A stretch of 59,874 bases of DNA, the filler included. It is 6 parts of 6 records of this genome, joined end to end, with 100 filler letters (N's around TTAATTAATTAA, not from the genome) between each part and the next. Parts side by side here need not be neighbours in the genome. Positions count along the whole stretch, not along the records: positions 12,780 to 24,170 come from SRR31156797_3815; positions 24,271 to 38,213 come from SRR31156797_3831; 4 more parts are not named here. One strand, 5' to 3'. This document shows, piece by piece, positions 19,024 through 28,574 of this stretch; the first letter of the stretch is position 1, and each line of letters begins with the position of its first letter. The translations under genes and the position numbers were made by a program. Below the pieces are notes generated by a model. It worked only from the letters and a program-made list of their open reading frames with translations. It did no database searches and was not told the DNA's origin.

Positions 19024-19532
19024 GGGTATAGCCCTCTTCTAAAGGAATTGAAATAGAACGGATCATATGCTGAATAATAACCATTGGGCGAATTATATCC
19101 GTACAAAGAAGGATATCTTGCGATCCCAATACTTATACTTGAGTTCTCTGATAATTTATAGACAAGATTTGCATCAAAATAGAGTTCACCGGCAGGGCTA
19201 TTCAATCTTTCCAGGACCGGATTCGACGCATATGCCTGCAATTGCCAGTAAAGATTGCCATAAAATGATAATCTGGAACTCAGCGGCATATAAAATTCAT
19301 TGTGATAGGTCAAATATGATTCCGCCCCTAGAACGGAGCTTCCCATGCTCATGGATACTGAGTGGTTCATCTGGATCTTGGACCAATCCAGAAATGCTGC
19401 TGACGATTGGGCGTTGGACATATCGTAGCCCACACCCTGCTGAGTAAATTCGGAGATTTCACCGACATATTGAGCACTTAATGGAGCAGCCAGCACCATG
19501 CAAATGATCAACAAAACTGAAAAACGTTTCAT
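19020..19532 (-). CDS. Secreted hypothetical protein (beta-strand rich, possibly outer membrane)
   Basis: Signal peptide ending LSA-Q; alternating strands such as FDANLVYKLSENSSISIGI; ATGA overlap with upstream gene. Confidence 0.6.
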   Translation of the reverse strand: MKRFSVLLIICMVLAAPLSAQYVGEISEFTQQGVGYDMSNAQSSAAFLDWSKIQMNHSVSMSMGSSVLGAESYLTYHNEFYMPLSSRLSFYGNLYWQLQAYASNPVLERLNSPAGELYFDANLVYKLSENSSISIGIARYPSLYGYNSPNGYYSAYDPFYFNSFRRGLYP

Positions 19533-20269
19533 TTTCGTGCCTTTAATTTCTCTTCGACTTCCCTTAATTGGTCAATCGTATTTACGCCCTGGATCTCACT
19601 GGGATCGTCCGCAACTTGTAATGCGACTTTTTTATTGTCTTTTCGCATCATGGGTAGGACGTCTGTCAGATAATACTCTCCCTGGACATTATCTGTTCCG
19701 ACAAAACGTAAATAATGAAATAATAGCTCGGATTTAAATAAATAAATGCCTGAATTGATCTCTTTGATCTTGCGGATCTCATCATCGGCATCTTTTTCTT
19801 CTACGGAATGTGAATAGTTTCCCTCTGAAGTACGGATAATGCGTCCATAACCGTGAGGATCTTCAAAAATGGCACTTAGGACGGTTGCATCAGCTTCTTC
19901 CTTCCTGTGCGTTGCAATAAGTTTATTCAATGTAGTGGGCGTTAACAATGGGACGTCACCTGAAAGGATAAGTACATCACCATCAAAATCCTTCAAGGGC
20001 GGTTCAGCCATCATAACGGCATGACCCGTTCCCAGCTGTTCAGCTTGTACGGCCAGATCAACTTTTCTGTCTGCAAGTTCCTGCTCGACCAATTCTTTTT
20101 TGTGACCAATGATCACCACAGTACGTACACTGCCGATCTCTTCTGCAAAATCTACAACGCGTGAAACCATTGTTTTACCAAGTACTTTGTGGAGGACCTT
20201 CGGAAGGTCGGATTTCATGCGGGTTCCTTTACCGGCGGCCATGATAGCAGTAGCAAGAGCTGAAGACAT
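19529..20269 (-). CDS. GlmU N-terminal-only sugar-phosphate nucleotidyltransferase (UDP-GlcNAc pyrophosphorylase-like)
   Basis: MAAGKGTRMKSDLPKVLH, QLGTGHAV, SGDVPL, GYGRI, EYYLTD, GVN; ends before the acetyltransferase beta-helix. Confidence 0.88.
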   Translation of the reverse strand: MSSALATAIMAAGKGTRMKSDLPKVLHKVLGKTMVSRVVDFAEEIGSVRTVVIIGHKKELVEQELADRKVDLAVQAEQLGTGHAVMMAEPPLKDFDGDVLILSGDVPLLTPTTLNKLIATHRKEEADATVLSAIFEDPHGYGRIIRTSEGNYSHSVEEKDADDEIRKIKEINSGIYLFKSELLFHYLRFVGTDNVQGEYYLTDVLPMMRKDNKKVALQVADDPSEIQGVNTIDQLREVEEKLKARK

Positions 20270-20277
20270 TGATTCTC

Positions 20278-20634
20278 CTATTTCTTCTCGATAATATTGT
20301 TTTCTTCGTCCATAACAAGAATTGTTGGTTTGTGTCCCGGGATCTCTCCTGGTCCAAGATCACAGTAAGACATGATGATGATCCTGTCTTCAATGACTGC
20401 CAGTCGTGCAGCTGCACCGTTCAGACAAATGTTCTTACTGTCGCGCTCACCCTTAATGACGTAGGTCTCAAAACGAATACCGTTATTGATGTTTACAACT
20501 TGTACGTATTCGTACTCGGCAATACCGGATGCTTCCATAAGATCTTCGGGAATAGAAATACTGCCTGTATAATTCAGATTTGCTTCCTTGACGGTTGCTC
20601 TGTGGATCTTTGAATGTAAAAATTTCTTTTTCAT
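20278..20634 (-). CDS. panD: Aspartate 1-decarboxylase
   Basis: SKIHRA, YTGS (G-S cleavage site), RFETYVI, NGAAAR. Confidence 0.96.
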   Translation of the reverse strand: MKKKFLHSKIHRATVKEANLNYTGSISIPEDLMEASGIAEYEYVQVVNINNGIRFETYVIKGERDSKNICLNGAAARLAVIEDRIIIMSYCDLGPGEIPGHKPTILVMDEENNIIEKK

Positions 20635-20721
20635 GTTTTCCTGTGTTTGCTATATCGTACTAAAATAAGAAATGTGGAAGGGTAATTCAAGTAACTTTAT
20701 GGAGAATGATAAGATATAGAT

Positions 20722-20749
20722 GTACGGTACAGACATGTCTGTTCCGTAC
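20722..20749. repeat. REP-like palindrome between panC and panD
   Basis: GTACGGtACAGACATGTCTGTtCCGTAC, 28 bp with one mismatched pair. Confidence 0.55.
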
Positions 20750-20755
20750 GTACGA

Positions 20756-21601
20756 TTATTGTGTATTGATAAAAATATTATCTATCAATCTCACATCCCC
20801 AAACCTGACCGCCAGAGCGATCACAGATCTTCCTCTGATTTCATCAATAAGCTCAAGATCGGGATAGGATCTTGCTTCAAGATATTCCAATTCTGCACCT
20901 TCAGTTGAGGAAATGTCTTTTTTAGCTTTATCCAATAGATCCTTTAGTATTCTACCCGATGTCAAACCTTCTCTTATAGCAAAAAGTGAGCGAGAAAGAA
21001 CTAAAGCGTTTTTCCGTTCATCTTTGGAAAGCCGCACATTTCTGGAGCTCATAGCCAAACCATCTGCTTCACGCACGATGGACGCAACAATGATCTCGAT
21101 ATCCATATTCAGGTCTTCGGCCATTTTAGTGATCACCGCGGCCTGCTGGGCGTCCTTTTGTCCAAAGACGGCAATATCCGGTTTAACAATATTGAAAAGT
21201 TTGGTCACAACCGTAGTCACACCTTTAAAATGGCCTTCCCTACTTGCACCGCATAGCACATTGGTAATATGTTCTACATTTACCCACGTCAATGACGTAC
21301 CCGGATACATTTCTTTGGCATCGGGATAAAAAACAATATCCACTCCCCTGCTTTCTGCCAGAGATTCATCACGTTCAATATCACGAGGATAGGATTCGAA
21401 ATCTTCATTCGGTCCGAATTGCGTAGGATTGACAAAAATGGACATGATCACAATATCGCTGTGCTTTTTGGCTTCATCAACAAGCGAGAGATGCCCCTCA
21501 TGCAAAAAGCCCATGGTCGGAACAAAACCGATCTTTTTCCCAGATCGTTTCAATTCAGATATCCGTGTACGAATATCATCTATCGTGGTAATACGTTCCA
21601 T
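20756..21601 (-). CDS. panC: Pantoate-beta-alanine ligase
   Basis: PTMGFLHEGH, FVNPTQF, FGQKDAQQ, GLAMSSRN, RLIDN. Confidence 0.97.
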   Translation of the reverse strand: MERITTIDDIRTRISELKRSGKKIGFVPTMGFLHEGHLSLVDEAKKHSDIVIMSIFVNPTQFGPNEDFESYPRDIERDESLAESRGVDIVFYPDAKEMYPGTSLTWVNVEHITNVLCGASREGHFKGVTTVVTKLFNIVKPDIAVFGQKDAQQAAVITKMAEDLNMDIEIIVASIVREADGLAMSSRNVRLSKDERKNALVLSRSLFAIREGLTSGRILKDLLDKAKKDISSTEGAELEYLEARSYPDLELIDEIRGRSVIALAVRFGDVRLIDNIFINTQ

Positions 21602-22395
21602 TAAAAGCTTTCTTTATCACTGGGGAATATTGATTTCTTTACATCTTTACTGTATTCGTCAATAGCTTTTTTGATGTCGCCGGCCAATTCGGCATACAAG
21701 CGCACAAATTTTGGTTTGAATTTTTCATACATGCCCAGCATATCCTGTGTAACCAGAATCTGTCCGTCGGTTTCAGGTCCGGCCCCGATCCCGATGGTCG
21801 GGATCTCAAGTTCTTCTGATATCTCTTTTGCTAAAGGAGCGGGGATCTTTTCAAGAACGATGCCGAACACACCTGCATCCTGTAATGCTTTTGCATCGCT
21901 TTTCAATGTATCTGCGTCTTTGTCTTTTTTACCTTGAGTGGCAAAGCCGCCGAATTGATTCACGCTTTGCGGCGTCATACCAAGATGTCCCATGACCGGA
22001 ATACCGGCATCCACACAGGCTTTCACCTGTTCCAAAATACGTTTACCACCTTCCATTTTAACAGCTTCGGCCCCACCTTCTTTCAACAATCGACCTGCAT
22101 TGCGCAAGGCATCTTCCACTGAGGTTTGATAACTCATAAATGGCAGGTCTGCGATCAATAAGGTATCTTTAACCGCACGGCGCACCGATCTGGTGTGGTA
22201 AACCATTTCATCCATGGTAACCGGTACGGTGGTCTCATGACCGGCAAACACCATACCCGCGCTGTCACCGACTAAAATAAAATCAATATCGCATTCATCA
22301 AGAAATCCGGCAAAAAGTGCTTCATACGCTGTTAAAGCGCTGATCTTTTCACCTTTTTTCTTCATCTGTCTTAAGGATTTAACCGTTTTCTTCAT
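21601..22395 (-). CDS. panB: 3-methyl-2-oxobutanoate hydroxymethyltransferase (start moved to ATG 22395)
   Basis: LTAY, LVGDS, DLPFMSY, VKMEGG, GHLGMTPQS, IGIGAG; the longer ORF-track start runs deep into mnmA. Confidence 0.96.
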   Translation of the reverse strand: MKKTVKSLRQMKKKGEKISALTAYEALFAGFLDECDIDFILVGDSAGMVFAGHETTVPVTMDEMVYHTRSVRRAVKDTLLIADLPFMSYQTSVEDALRNAGRLLKEGGAEAVKMEGGKRILEQVKACVDAGIPVMGHLGMTPQSVNQFGGFATQGKKDKDADTLKSDAKALQDAGVFGIVLEKIPAPLAKEISEELEIPTIGIGAGPETDGQILVTQDMLGMYEKFKPKFVRLYAELAGDIKKAIDEYSKDVKKSIFPSDKESF

Positions 22396-23485
22396 TTTTT
22401 CCGCTTTCCTGTGTATGCGAGAGGATAATGCCTCCTCCCAAAACTTTGTTTCCATTATAAAATACGGCTGATTGACCCGGGGTGACCGCATAGACGGGTT
22501 CCGAGAACAGCACGTGATATGCTTCATTTTCAAGAGGTGATAGCCAAGCTTGGACACCTTTATTACGGTAACGGACCTTAACCTGCACTTCGGTCATTTC
22601 TTTTGGAATTTCACCTAGCATCCAGTTCAGGTCTTTGACAGTACAACCGATATCTTCCATGTCAAATGACTTCCCGATCACGACAGTATTGGTATTGGGA
22701 TGTATCTCACGTACATACACCGGTTCGCCCATGGCGATTCCCAATCCTTTGCGCTGACCGATGGTAAAACGATAGTAACCGTCATGCTGCCCTAGCACTT
22801 GCCCTTCCTTGTCGATAAAATTTCCTTTACTGATCTTATTCAATCTTTCAGGAAAATATTCTTTTAGAAATGCCTTATAATCATTGTCGGGGATGAAACA
22901 GACATCCTGACTTTCAGCTTGGTTTGATTGCGGCAGTTCAAGTTCACGCGCTATTTTTTTGATCTCTTCTTTGGTAATATCACCCAGCGGAAAAACCGTT
23001 CTTGCCAGCTGCTCTTGTGTTAATCGCCATAAAAAATATGATTGATCTTTTTTTTGATCTGCCCCTTTGTGAAGAGCATATTGCTTACCTTCTTTAAGGA
23101 TCTTTGCATAATGGCCGGTTGCGACATATTTAATACCTCGTTCATCTGCTACCTTTAGCAATGCATCCCATTTAAGCATCAAATTGCACTGAATACAGGG
23201 ATTCGGAGTATTACCGCTAAAATAAGCATCAGCAAAATAATTGACCACGCAAGAATCAAAACGTGCAGTCTGGTCAACAACTAAGTGTTCAATTCCAAAA
23301 CGATCGCAAACAGCTTTTGCTTTTTCGATGACACCCGATTGTTTGCTTTTATCTTTAATATAATGATCGGCTAATTGAAGGGTAACACCCAGAACATTGT
23401 AACCTTGTTGCTGCAAGAGATGGACTGCCACTGTGCTGTCCACGCCCCCACTCATTCCAACAATGATGTCCTTTTTCGCGCTCAT
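22379..23485 (-). CDS. mnmA: tRNA-specific 2-thiouridylase
   Basis: MSGGVDS, TPNPCIQCN, ATGHYA, KDQSYFL, ESQDVCF, TIGQRKGL, TPGQSAV. Confidence 0.97.
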   Translation of the reverse strand: MSAKKDIIVGMSGGVDSTVAVHLLQQQGYNVLGVTLQLADHYIKDKSKQSGVIEKAKAVCDRFGIEHLVVDQTARFDSCVVNYFADAYFSGNTPNPCIQCNLMLKWDALLKVADERGIKYVATGHYAKILKEGKQYALHKGADQKKDQSYFLWRLTQEQLARTVFPLGDITKEEIKKIARELELPQSNQAESQDVCFIPDNDYKAFLKEYFPERLNKISKGNFIDKEGQVLGQHDGYYRFTIGQRKGLGIAMGEPVYVREIHPNTNTVVIGKSFDMEDIGCTVKDLNWMLGEIPKEMTEVQVKVRYRNKGVQAWLSPLENEAYHVLFSEPVYAVTPGQSAVFYNGNKVLGGGIILSHTQESGKNEENG

Positions 23486-23565
23486 GCCGAAAACTACAAT
23501 GATTTATTTAGGAAGGTTAGTTTTTTTTACGAAGAGACACGAAGAATTGTGTCTTGCTCTTTTAC

Positions 23566-24144
23566 TTAAATAAGTTTTTTATATTCTTCTATACTTGCAG
23601 TCAAAACACGTGAATGTAAAGATCCTCCATGTGAATCCATGGAGACAACAAGAGGAAATTCTTCCACTTCCATCACCCACATGGCTTCTGGAATACCGAA
23701 TTCATCTAATTTGTAAACATCTTTGACTTGTTTGATGGCATCTGCATAAACAACCGCAGCACCACCTACGGCAAAGAAATAAACCCCGCAATATTCTTTT
23801 AGGGCTTTTGCTGTTTTCTCACCCATGCCACCCTTTCCGATCACACAGCGAACTCCGTATTCCTTCATCACGTCGGCAAGATAGGGCTCTTCGCGAATAG
23901 AGGTGGTCGGCCCGGCAGCTAGGCAGTTCCATTTATCGCCATTTTTCAGCATGATGGGACCGCAGTGATAAATGGCACCGTTTTTCAAGACATCCCTAAC
24001 ATCATCGGGTTTTTCTTCAAGCATCCATTTATGGGCCGCGTCGCGGCCAGTGACGATCGTACCCGAAAGCAGAACTCTATCTCCTGCTTTTAATTGTCTA
24101 ACGTCCTCATCAGACAAGGGTAATGTCAGTTTTATTTCATTCAT
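23566..24144 (-). CDS. Fe-S hydro-lyase (class I fumarate hydratase/tartrate dehydratase) beta subunit
   Basis: L.AGD.VLLSG...GRDAAH, HCGP, GPTTS.RE, IGKGGMG, GIPEAMW. Confidence 0.9.
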   Translation of the reverse strand: MNEIKLTLPLSDEDVRQLKAGDRVLLSGTIVTGRDAAHKWMLEEKPDDVRDVLKNGAIYHCGPIMLKNGDKWNCLAAGPTTSIREEPYLADVMKEYGVRCVIGKGGMGEKTAKALKEYCGVYFFAVGGAAVVYADAIKQVKDVYKLDEFGIPEAMWVMEVEEFPLVVSMDSHGGSLHSRVLTASIEEYKKLI

Positions 24145-24170
24145 TTATCACTCAGATCAAAGATCATTTC

Positions 24171-24270
24171 NNNNNNNNNNNNNNNNNNNNNNNNNNNNNN
24201 NNNNNNNNNNNNNNTTAATTAATTAANNNNNNNNNNNNNNNNNNNNNNNNNNNNNNNNNNNNNNNNNNNN
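24171..24270. other. Artificial contig-joining spacer
   Basis: N44-TTAATTAATTAA-N44. Confidence 0.99.
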
Positions 24271-24271
24271 T

Positions 24272-24835
24272 ATGATGGTAATGTATGTTGATAATAGTGA
24301 AGTTGAATTATCTCCAATTTTAGGACAAGATTGCGGTGTAAATCTTGTTGATAATCCAGATCGAATTTATCCGAATAAAGGTGCAAAAGTACTTCATTAT
24401 TCTAAGGAAAATCAACAATGGGCAAATGCTTACATGCAATTACCAGCAGGTTACCGTTTCGATATTGGTAACAACAGTGTATTTAAAATTATGGTTTTTG
24501 GGAAAGCTGGACAAGAAGTACTGTTGAAGCTCGAGAATACTGATAAAGGTGGTAATGCATGGCAGACAGGAACTTATGATGTGATTTATACCATTCAGGA
24601 AGATGATACCTGGGAAGTTGCAGAATTTGATTTTGCCGGAGTAGCTGCAGGATATGATTGGACTGGAGATCAGTTCACTTCTGATGTTACCACGGATACT
24701 CGATTTAGTCAAGATTTCTACAATGTTGTCAGAATCATGCTAAATCCAGGTAACGGAGATGGTGCTCATGAATTTTATTTCGATGATCTAGCAGGTCCTC
24801 ACGTAGAGGGAGTTAAGTCTGGAAGATCAAATTAA
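24272..24835 (+). CDS. Putative glycan-binding beta-sandwich protein (C-terminal part, 5'-truncated)
   Basis: VDNPD...N....V..Y.K, VLLKLE, TWE...FDF, FYFDD pattern typical of PUL surface glycan-binding modules; PUL context. Confidence 0.5.
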   Translation: MMVMYVDNSEVELSPILGQDCGVNLVDNPDRIYPNKGAKVLHYSKENQQWANAYMQLPAGYRFDIGNNSVFKIMVFGKAGQEVLLKLENTDKGGNAWQTGTYDVIYTIQEDDTWEVAEFDFAGVAAGYDWTGDQFTSDVTTDTRFSQDFYNVVRIMLNPGNGDGAHEFYFDDLAGPHVEGVKSGRSN

Positions 24836-24844
24836 TTTGAATAA

Positions 24845-24880
24845 TAAAGAGGGTTTTGAGGAAACTCAAAACTCTCTTTA
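24845..24880 (+). terminator. Stem-loop / terminator
   Basis: TAAAGAGGGTTTTGAG-gaaa-CTCAAAACTCTCTTTA (one G-U pair) just after the stop codon. Confidence 0.65.
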
Positions 24881-24912
24881 TAAATAAAATGAACTTGTTA
24901 ATATCGAAGTAG

Positions 24913-26007
24913 ATGATTCAGTATAAAAGTTATTTAATGACACTTATTTTTGTTGTTTTCACAGTAATAAGTATGTCATCTTGCTCAAGTAGTAGCGATG
25001 AAGGTGAGGAATATACAGCAGGATTTGAACTTGAAATTGATCAGGACAATCCAAACTTGGTAAACCTAACGAATACATCAGAAGGAGAATATTTATACCT
25101 ACAATGGAATTATGGAAATGGTAGTTCCAGCTCAAAAGAAACTGATAAAACTTCGGTGAGAAGTATTCATTATCCACAAAAAGGCACTTATGAAATTACC
25201 TTGACAGTTTGGGGATTAAGAAATAGTTTAACTGATACAAAAACGATTACCAAAACTGTAAGTATAGAAAATGATGATCCTGATTATGTACAAGGAGAAA
25301 CCTTAGTTTGGTCTGATGAATTTAATGGCACAAGCATTAGTTCTGATAACTGGACATTTGAAACAGGTGACGGAGGCTGGGGAAACCAAGAGCTTCAAAA
25401 TTATACCAATGGAGATAATGCAGAAATAGTTGATGGTAAATTAATTATTACAGCACGTAAAGTGAATGATAATAAGATTGCCGGATCATACACTTCAACT
25501 AGAATGATTACTTGGGGTAAGCAAGAATTTACTTATGGTAGAATGGAAATTCGTGCTAAACTTCCTTCAGGGACCGGTGTTTGGCCAGCAATATGGATGC
25601 TTGGAGCGAATTTAGATCAAGTAGGATGGCCGGCATGTGGTGAAATTGACATTATGGAATATGTAGGTTTTGAACCCAATGTAATACATGCTACAGTTCA
25701 TACTCCATCGGGATATGCTGGAGATGGTAATGGTAATTCAAAAACATTGGAAACCTGTGAGGAAGAATTTCATACTTATGGTATGATTTGGGATAAAGAT
25801 AAAATTCAGTTTTACACAGATTCTCAAGAGAATGTTATTCATACCTATTCACCAGCAAATAAAACTGCTAATAACTGGCCGTTTAATAAACCTCATTTTT
25901 TTATTCTAAACATTGCTGTAGGTGGTACCTGGGGAGGACTTCAGGGTATCGATAATTCAATTTTTCCTCAAACTATGGAGGTTGATTACCTTAGAGTTTA
26001 CCAATAA
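24913..26007 (+). CDS. GH16 endo-beta-1,3-glucanase lipoprotein with PKD domain
   Basis: Lipobox MSSC, PKD-like WNYGNG...GTYEITLTV, WSDEF, WPAIWM, catalytic GEIDIME. Confidence 0.92.
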   Translation: MIQYKSYLMTLIFVVFTVISMSSCSSSSDEGEEYTAGFELEIDQDNPNLVNLTNTSEGEYLYLQWNYGNGSSSSKETDKTSVRSIHYPQKGTYEITLTVWGLRNSLTDTKTITKTVSIENDDPDYVQGETLVWSDEFNGTSISSDNWTFETGDGGWGNQELQNYTNGDNAEIVDGKLIITARKVNDNKIAGSYTSTRMITWGKQEFTYGRMEIRAKLPSGTGVWPAIWMLGANLDQVGWPACGEIDIMEYVGFEPNVIHATVHTPSGYAGDGNGNSKTLETCEEEFHTYGMIWDKDKIQFYTDSQENVIHTYSPANKTANNWPFNKPHFFILNIAVGGTWGGLQGIDNSIFPQTMEVDYLRVYQ

Positions 26008-26033
26008 AATACGGACTTTAAATTGCTGTAAAA

Positions 26034-26873
26034 GTGAATATTATGCTGCTAAAAAATATAAATCTATTCGTAGGTATCCTACTTCTTATATCTGCTTGTG
26101 ATTCAAGGAAGGTAAATAACTCCATTCAAAATCAGGAAAAGGAAAAATATCAATTGATCTGGTGTGATGAATTTGATTACACAGGTTTGCCTGATTCGAC
26201 CAAATGGACTTACGATACAGAAGGCAATGCTGATGGATGGGGAAATAGGGAAGCCCAATATTATACGAAGGCAGAAAAGGAAAATGCCTGGGTTGAAAAT
26301 GGTGTGCTAACCATTACTGCGCTAAAAGAGCAATTTGGAGGAAAAGAATATACTTCCGCACGTTTAAATTCAAAAGCAAACTGGCTGCACGGACGAATTG
26401 AAGTAAATGCCAAACTTCCTAAGGGAAGAGGTACTTGGTCTGCTATTTGGATGATGCCGAAGGATTGGACTTACAATGATGGAAACTGGCCTAATATTGG
26501 AGAAATCGATATTATGGAACATGTAGGACATAATTTAGGAACCATTCATGCATCTGCTCATTCTAAAGATTACCAATGGCAAAAGAATACACAACAAACA
26601 AGTACCATTAAAATTGCTGATGTTGATGAAAAATTCCATTCCTACATATTAGAATGGACACCGGAGTTGATGAAAGCCTATGTGGATGATCAACTTTATT
26701 TCGAATATAAGAATGAAGGCTTGGGAAAATCAAAATGGCCATACGTTAAACCATTCTATCTTATTCTAAACCTCGCGATAGGTGGTGCCTGGGGTAGCGG
26801 AGAAGGAATCGATGATGGAGTATTTCCTCAAACAATGGAGATTGATTATGTAAGAATCTATCAAAAAAAATAA
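26034..26873 (+). CDS. GH16 laminarinase-like lipoprotein
   Basis: Lipobox ISAC, WCDEF, GEIDIME, LNLAIGG.WG, IDYVRIYQ. Confidence 0.92.
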   Translation: MNIMLLKNINLFVGILLLISACDSRKVNNSIQNQEKEKYQLIWCDEFDYTGLPDSTKWTYDTEGNADGWGNREAQYYTKAEKENAWVENGVLTITALKEQFGGKEYTSARLNSKANWLHGRIEVNAKLPKGRGTWSAIWMMPKDWTYNDGNWPNIGEIDIMEHVGHNLGTIHASAHSKDYQWQKNTQQTSTIKIADVDEKFHSYILEWTPELMKAYVDDQLYFEYKNEGLGKSKWPYVKPFYLILNLAIGGAWGSGEGIDDGVFPQTMEIDYVRIYQKK

Positions 26874-26922
26874 AGTATTAAGATTTAACTACTACTTAAA
26901 CTACCTCCAAAAATTTCATTCT

Positions 26923-28479
26923 ATGAACCTAAAATATAGTGTCTTTGTATCTTTAATTGTTGCCTTAGGAGGTTTCCTTATGGGTTTCGATGCATCTGTA
27001 ATATCAGGTGTTGTGAAGTTTATCGAACCGCAATTTAATTTAACGAAAATTCAATTAGGATGGGCAGTTAGCTGCTTAACTCTTACCGCAACCCTGGCAA
27101 TGTTATTGGCTGGACCATTGAGTGATAAATTCGGAAGAAGAACCATTTTAAAATACGCAGCTGCACTTTATTTTATATCCGCTATTGGATCGGCAATTGC
27201 ACCAAGTTTTTGGTTTTTGGTCTTAGCAAGAATGATTGGTGGATTTGGTGTGGGTGCATCCTTGATTATAGCACCAATTTATATAGCTGAAATTTCTCCT
27301 GCCAAATTAAGAGGCACCATGGTTTCTTTTAATCAGTTGAATATTGTTTTGGGTATTTCAATTGCATTTTTTACCAATTATTTGATTTTGCAGCTGGGAA
27401 AATCAAACGCTGAATGGATCAATTTATTACAGTTTAAAGCATACAATTGGCGATGGATGCTTGGGTTAGAAGCCATTCCGGCAATACTTTACTTTATTCT
27501 TTTGTTTTTTGTGCCGCGCAGTCCGCGTTGGTTGGCAATGAATGGAATGGATGATGAGGCTCTTGAGGTAATGAGTAAATCATTAGGTAACGATGAGGCA
27601 AAACTTCAGTTAAAATCTATCTCTCAAAGTATAGATTCATCTCAAAAGGATGAAAAGATTTCAATTAAAGAATTATTCAAACCCTCTTTAAAATTGGTTC
27701 TTATTATTGGAGTTGTAATTGCAATTACTCAGCAAATAACGGGAATCAATTCTGTATTTTTTTATGCACCAATGATTTTTGAACAAACAGGTATCGGCAC
27801 CGATGCTTCATTTTCTCAAGCAATATTAGTTGGTGTAATAAATTTAGTATTTACTCTCTTCGCCATTTGGTTAGTCGATCGAATTGGCAGAAAGCCTCTT
27901 CTAATTTTTGGCTTAACAGGAATAGCCATCTCAATGTTTATTCTTTCAACAGGATTTGGAAGAGCCACTTACCAGTTAAGTGAAAAAAGCATTCAGGAAT
28001 GCATAGCATTTGCAAATACGAATGACTTGGAAGCAATGAAAAATATTGTCTTTCAAAGTGATTTAGAATTTAATAAAGCATTGGAAAACTCAATAGGGTC
28101 AAAAGTATTTAAAGAACACCAATCAGATTTCATTTCGAAAGCAATTAGTATTAATCCATGGATGGTTTTGGTTGGTATTCTTGGTTTTGTAGCATCTTTT
28201 GCAATTTCCATTGGACCCGTTATGTGGGTTTTGTTTTCAGAACTTTTTCCGAATCAAATTCGGGGTTTAGCAATATCATTTGTTGGTTTAATTAATTCAG
28301 GAATTAGTTTTCTGGTTCAACTGGTTTTCCCTTGGGAACAGTTGAATTTTGGTAGCGCAACAACATTTTTAATATATGGAGTTTTTGGAGCATTAGGACT
28401 TGTGTTTGTCATTTTCATGTTACCGGAAACCAAAGGAAAATCATTAGAAGAATTAGAACTTATTCTGGTAAAGGAATAA
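26923..28479 (+). CDS. Sugar porter family MFS transporter
   Basis: GGFLMGFD, DKFGRR, YIAEISP...RG, PRSPRWL, QQITGIN, PETKGKSLEE. Confidence 0.93.
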   Translation: MNLKYSVFVSLIVALGGFLMGFDASVISGVVKFIEPQFNLTKIQLGWAVSCLTLTATLAMLLAGPLSDKFGRRTILKYAAALYFISAIGSAIAPSFWFLVLARMIGGFGVGASLIIAPIYIAEISPAKLRGTMVSFNQLNIVLGISIAFFTNYLILQLGKSNAEWINLLQFKAYNWRWMLGLEAIPAILYFILLFFVPRSPRWLAMNGMDDEALEVMSKSLGNDEAKLQLKSISQSIDSSQKDEKISIKELFKPSLKLVLIIGVVIAITQQITGINSVFFYAPMIFEQTGIGTDASFSQAILVGVINLVFTLFAIWLVDRIGRKPLLIFGLTGIAISMFILSTGFGRATYQLSEKSIQECIAFANTNDLEAMKNIVFQSDLEFNKALENSIGSKVFKEHQSDFISKAISINPWMVLVGILGFVASFAISIGPVMWVLFSELFPNQIRGLAISFVGLINSGISFLVQLVFPWEQLNFGSATTFLIYGVFGALGLVFVIFMLPETKGKSLEELELILVKE

Positions 28480-28574
28480 TCTAAATATAGTATCAAATGA
28501 AATTCAATTAGGATTTTATGGTACAATCAGAATTTTTAAAAGAAATAATTGAAGTAGAATCAATTAAGATTAAA

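Noticed and set aside
22396-22557. 54-aa N-terminal extension of PanB in the ORF track
   Set aside because: Overlaps the conserved mnmA C-terminus; PanB homology starts at ATG 22395
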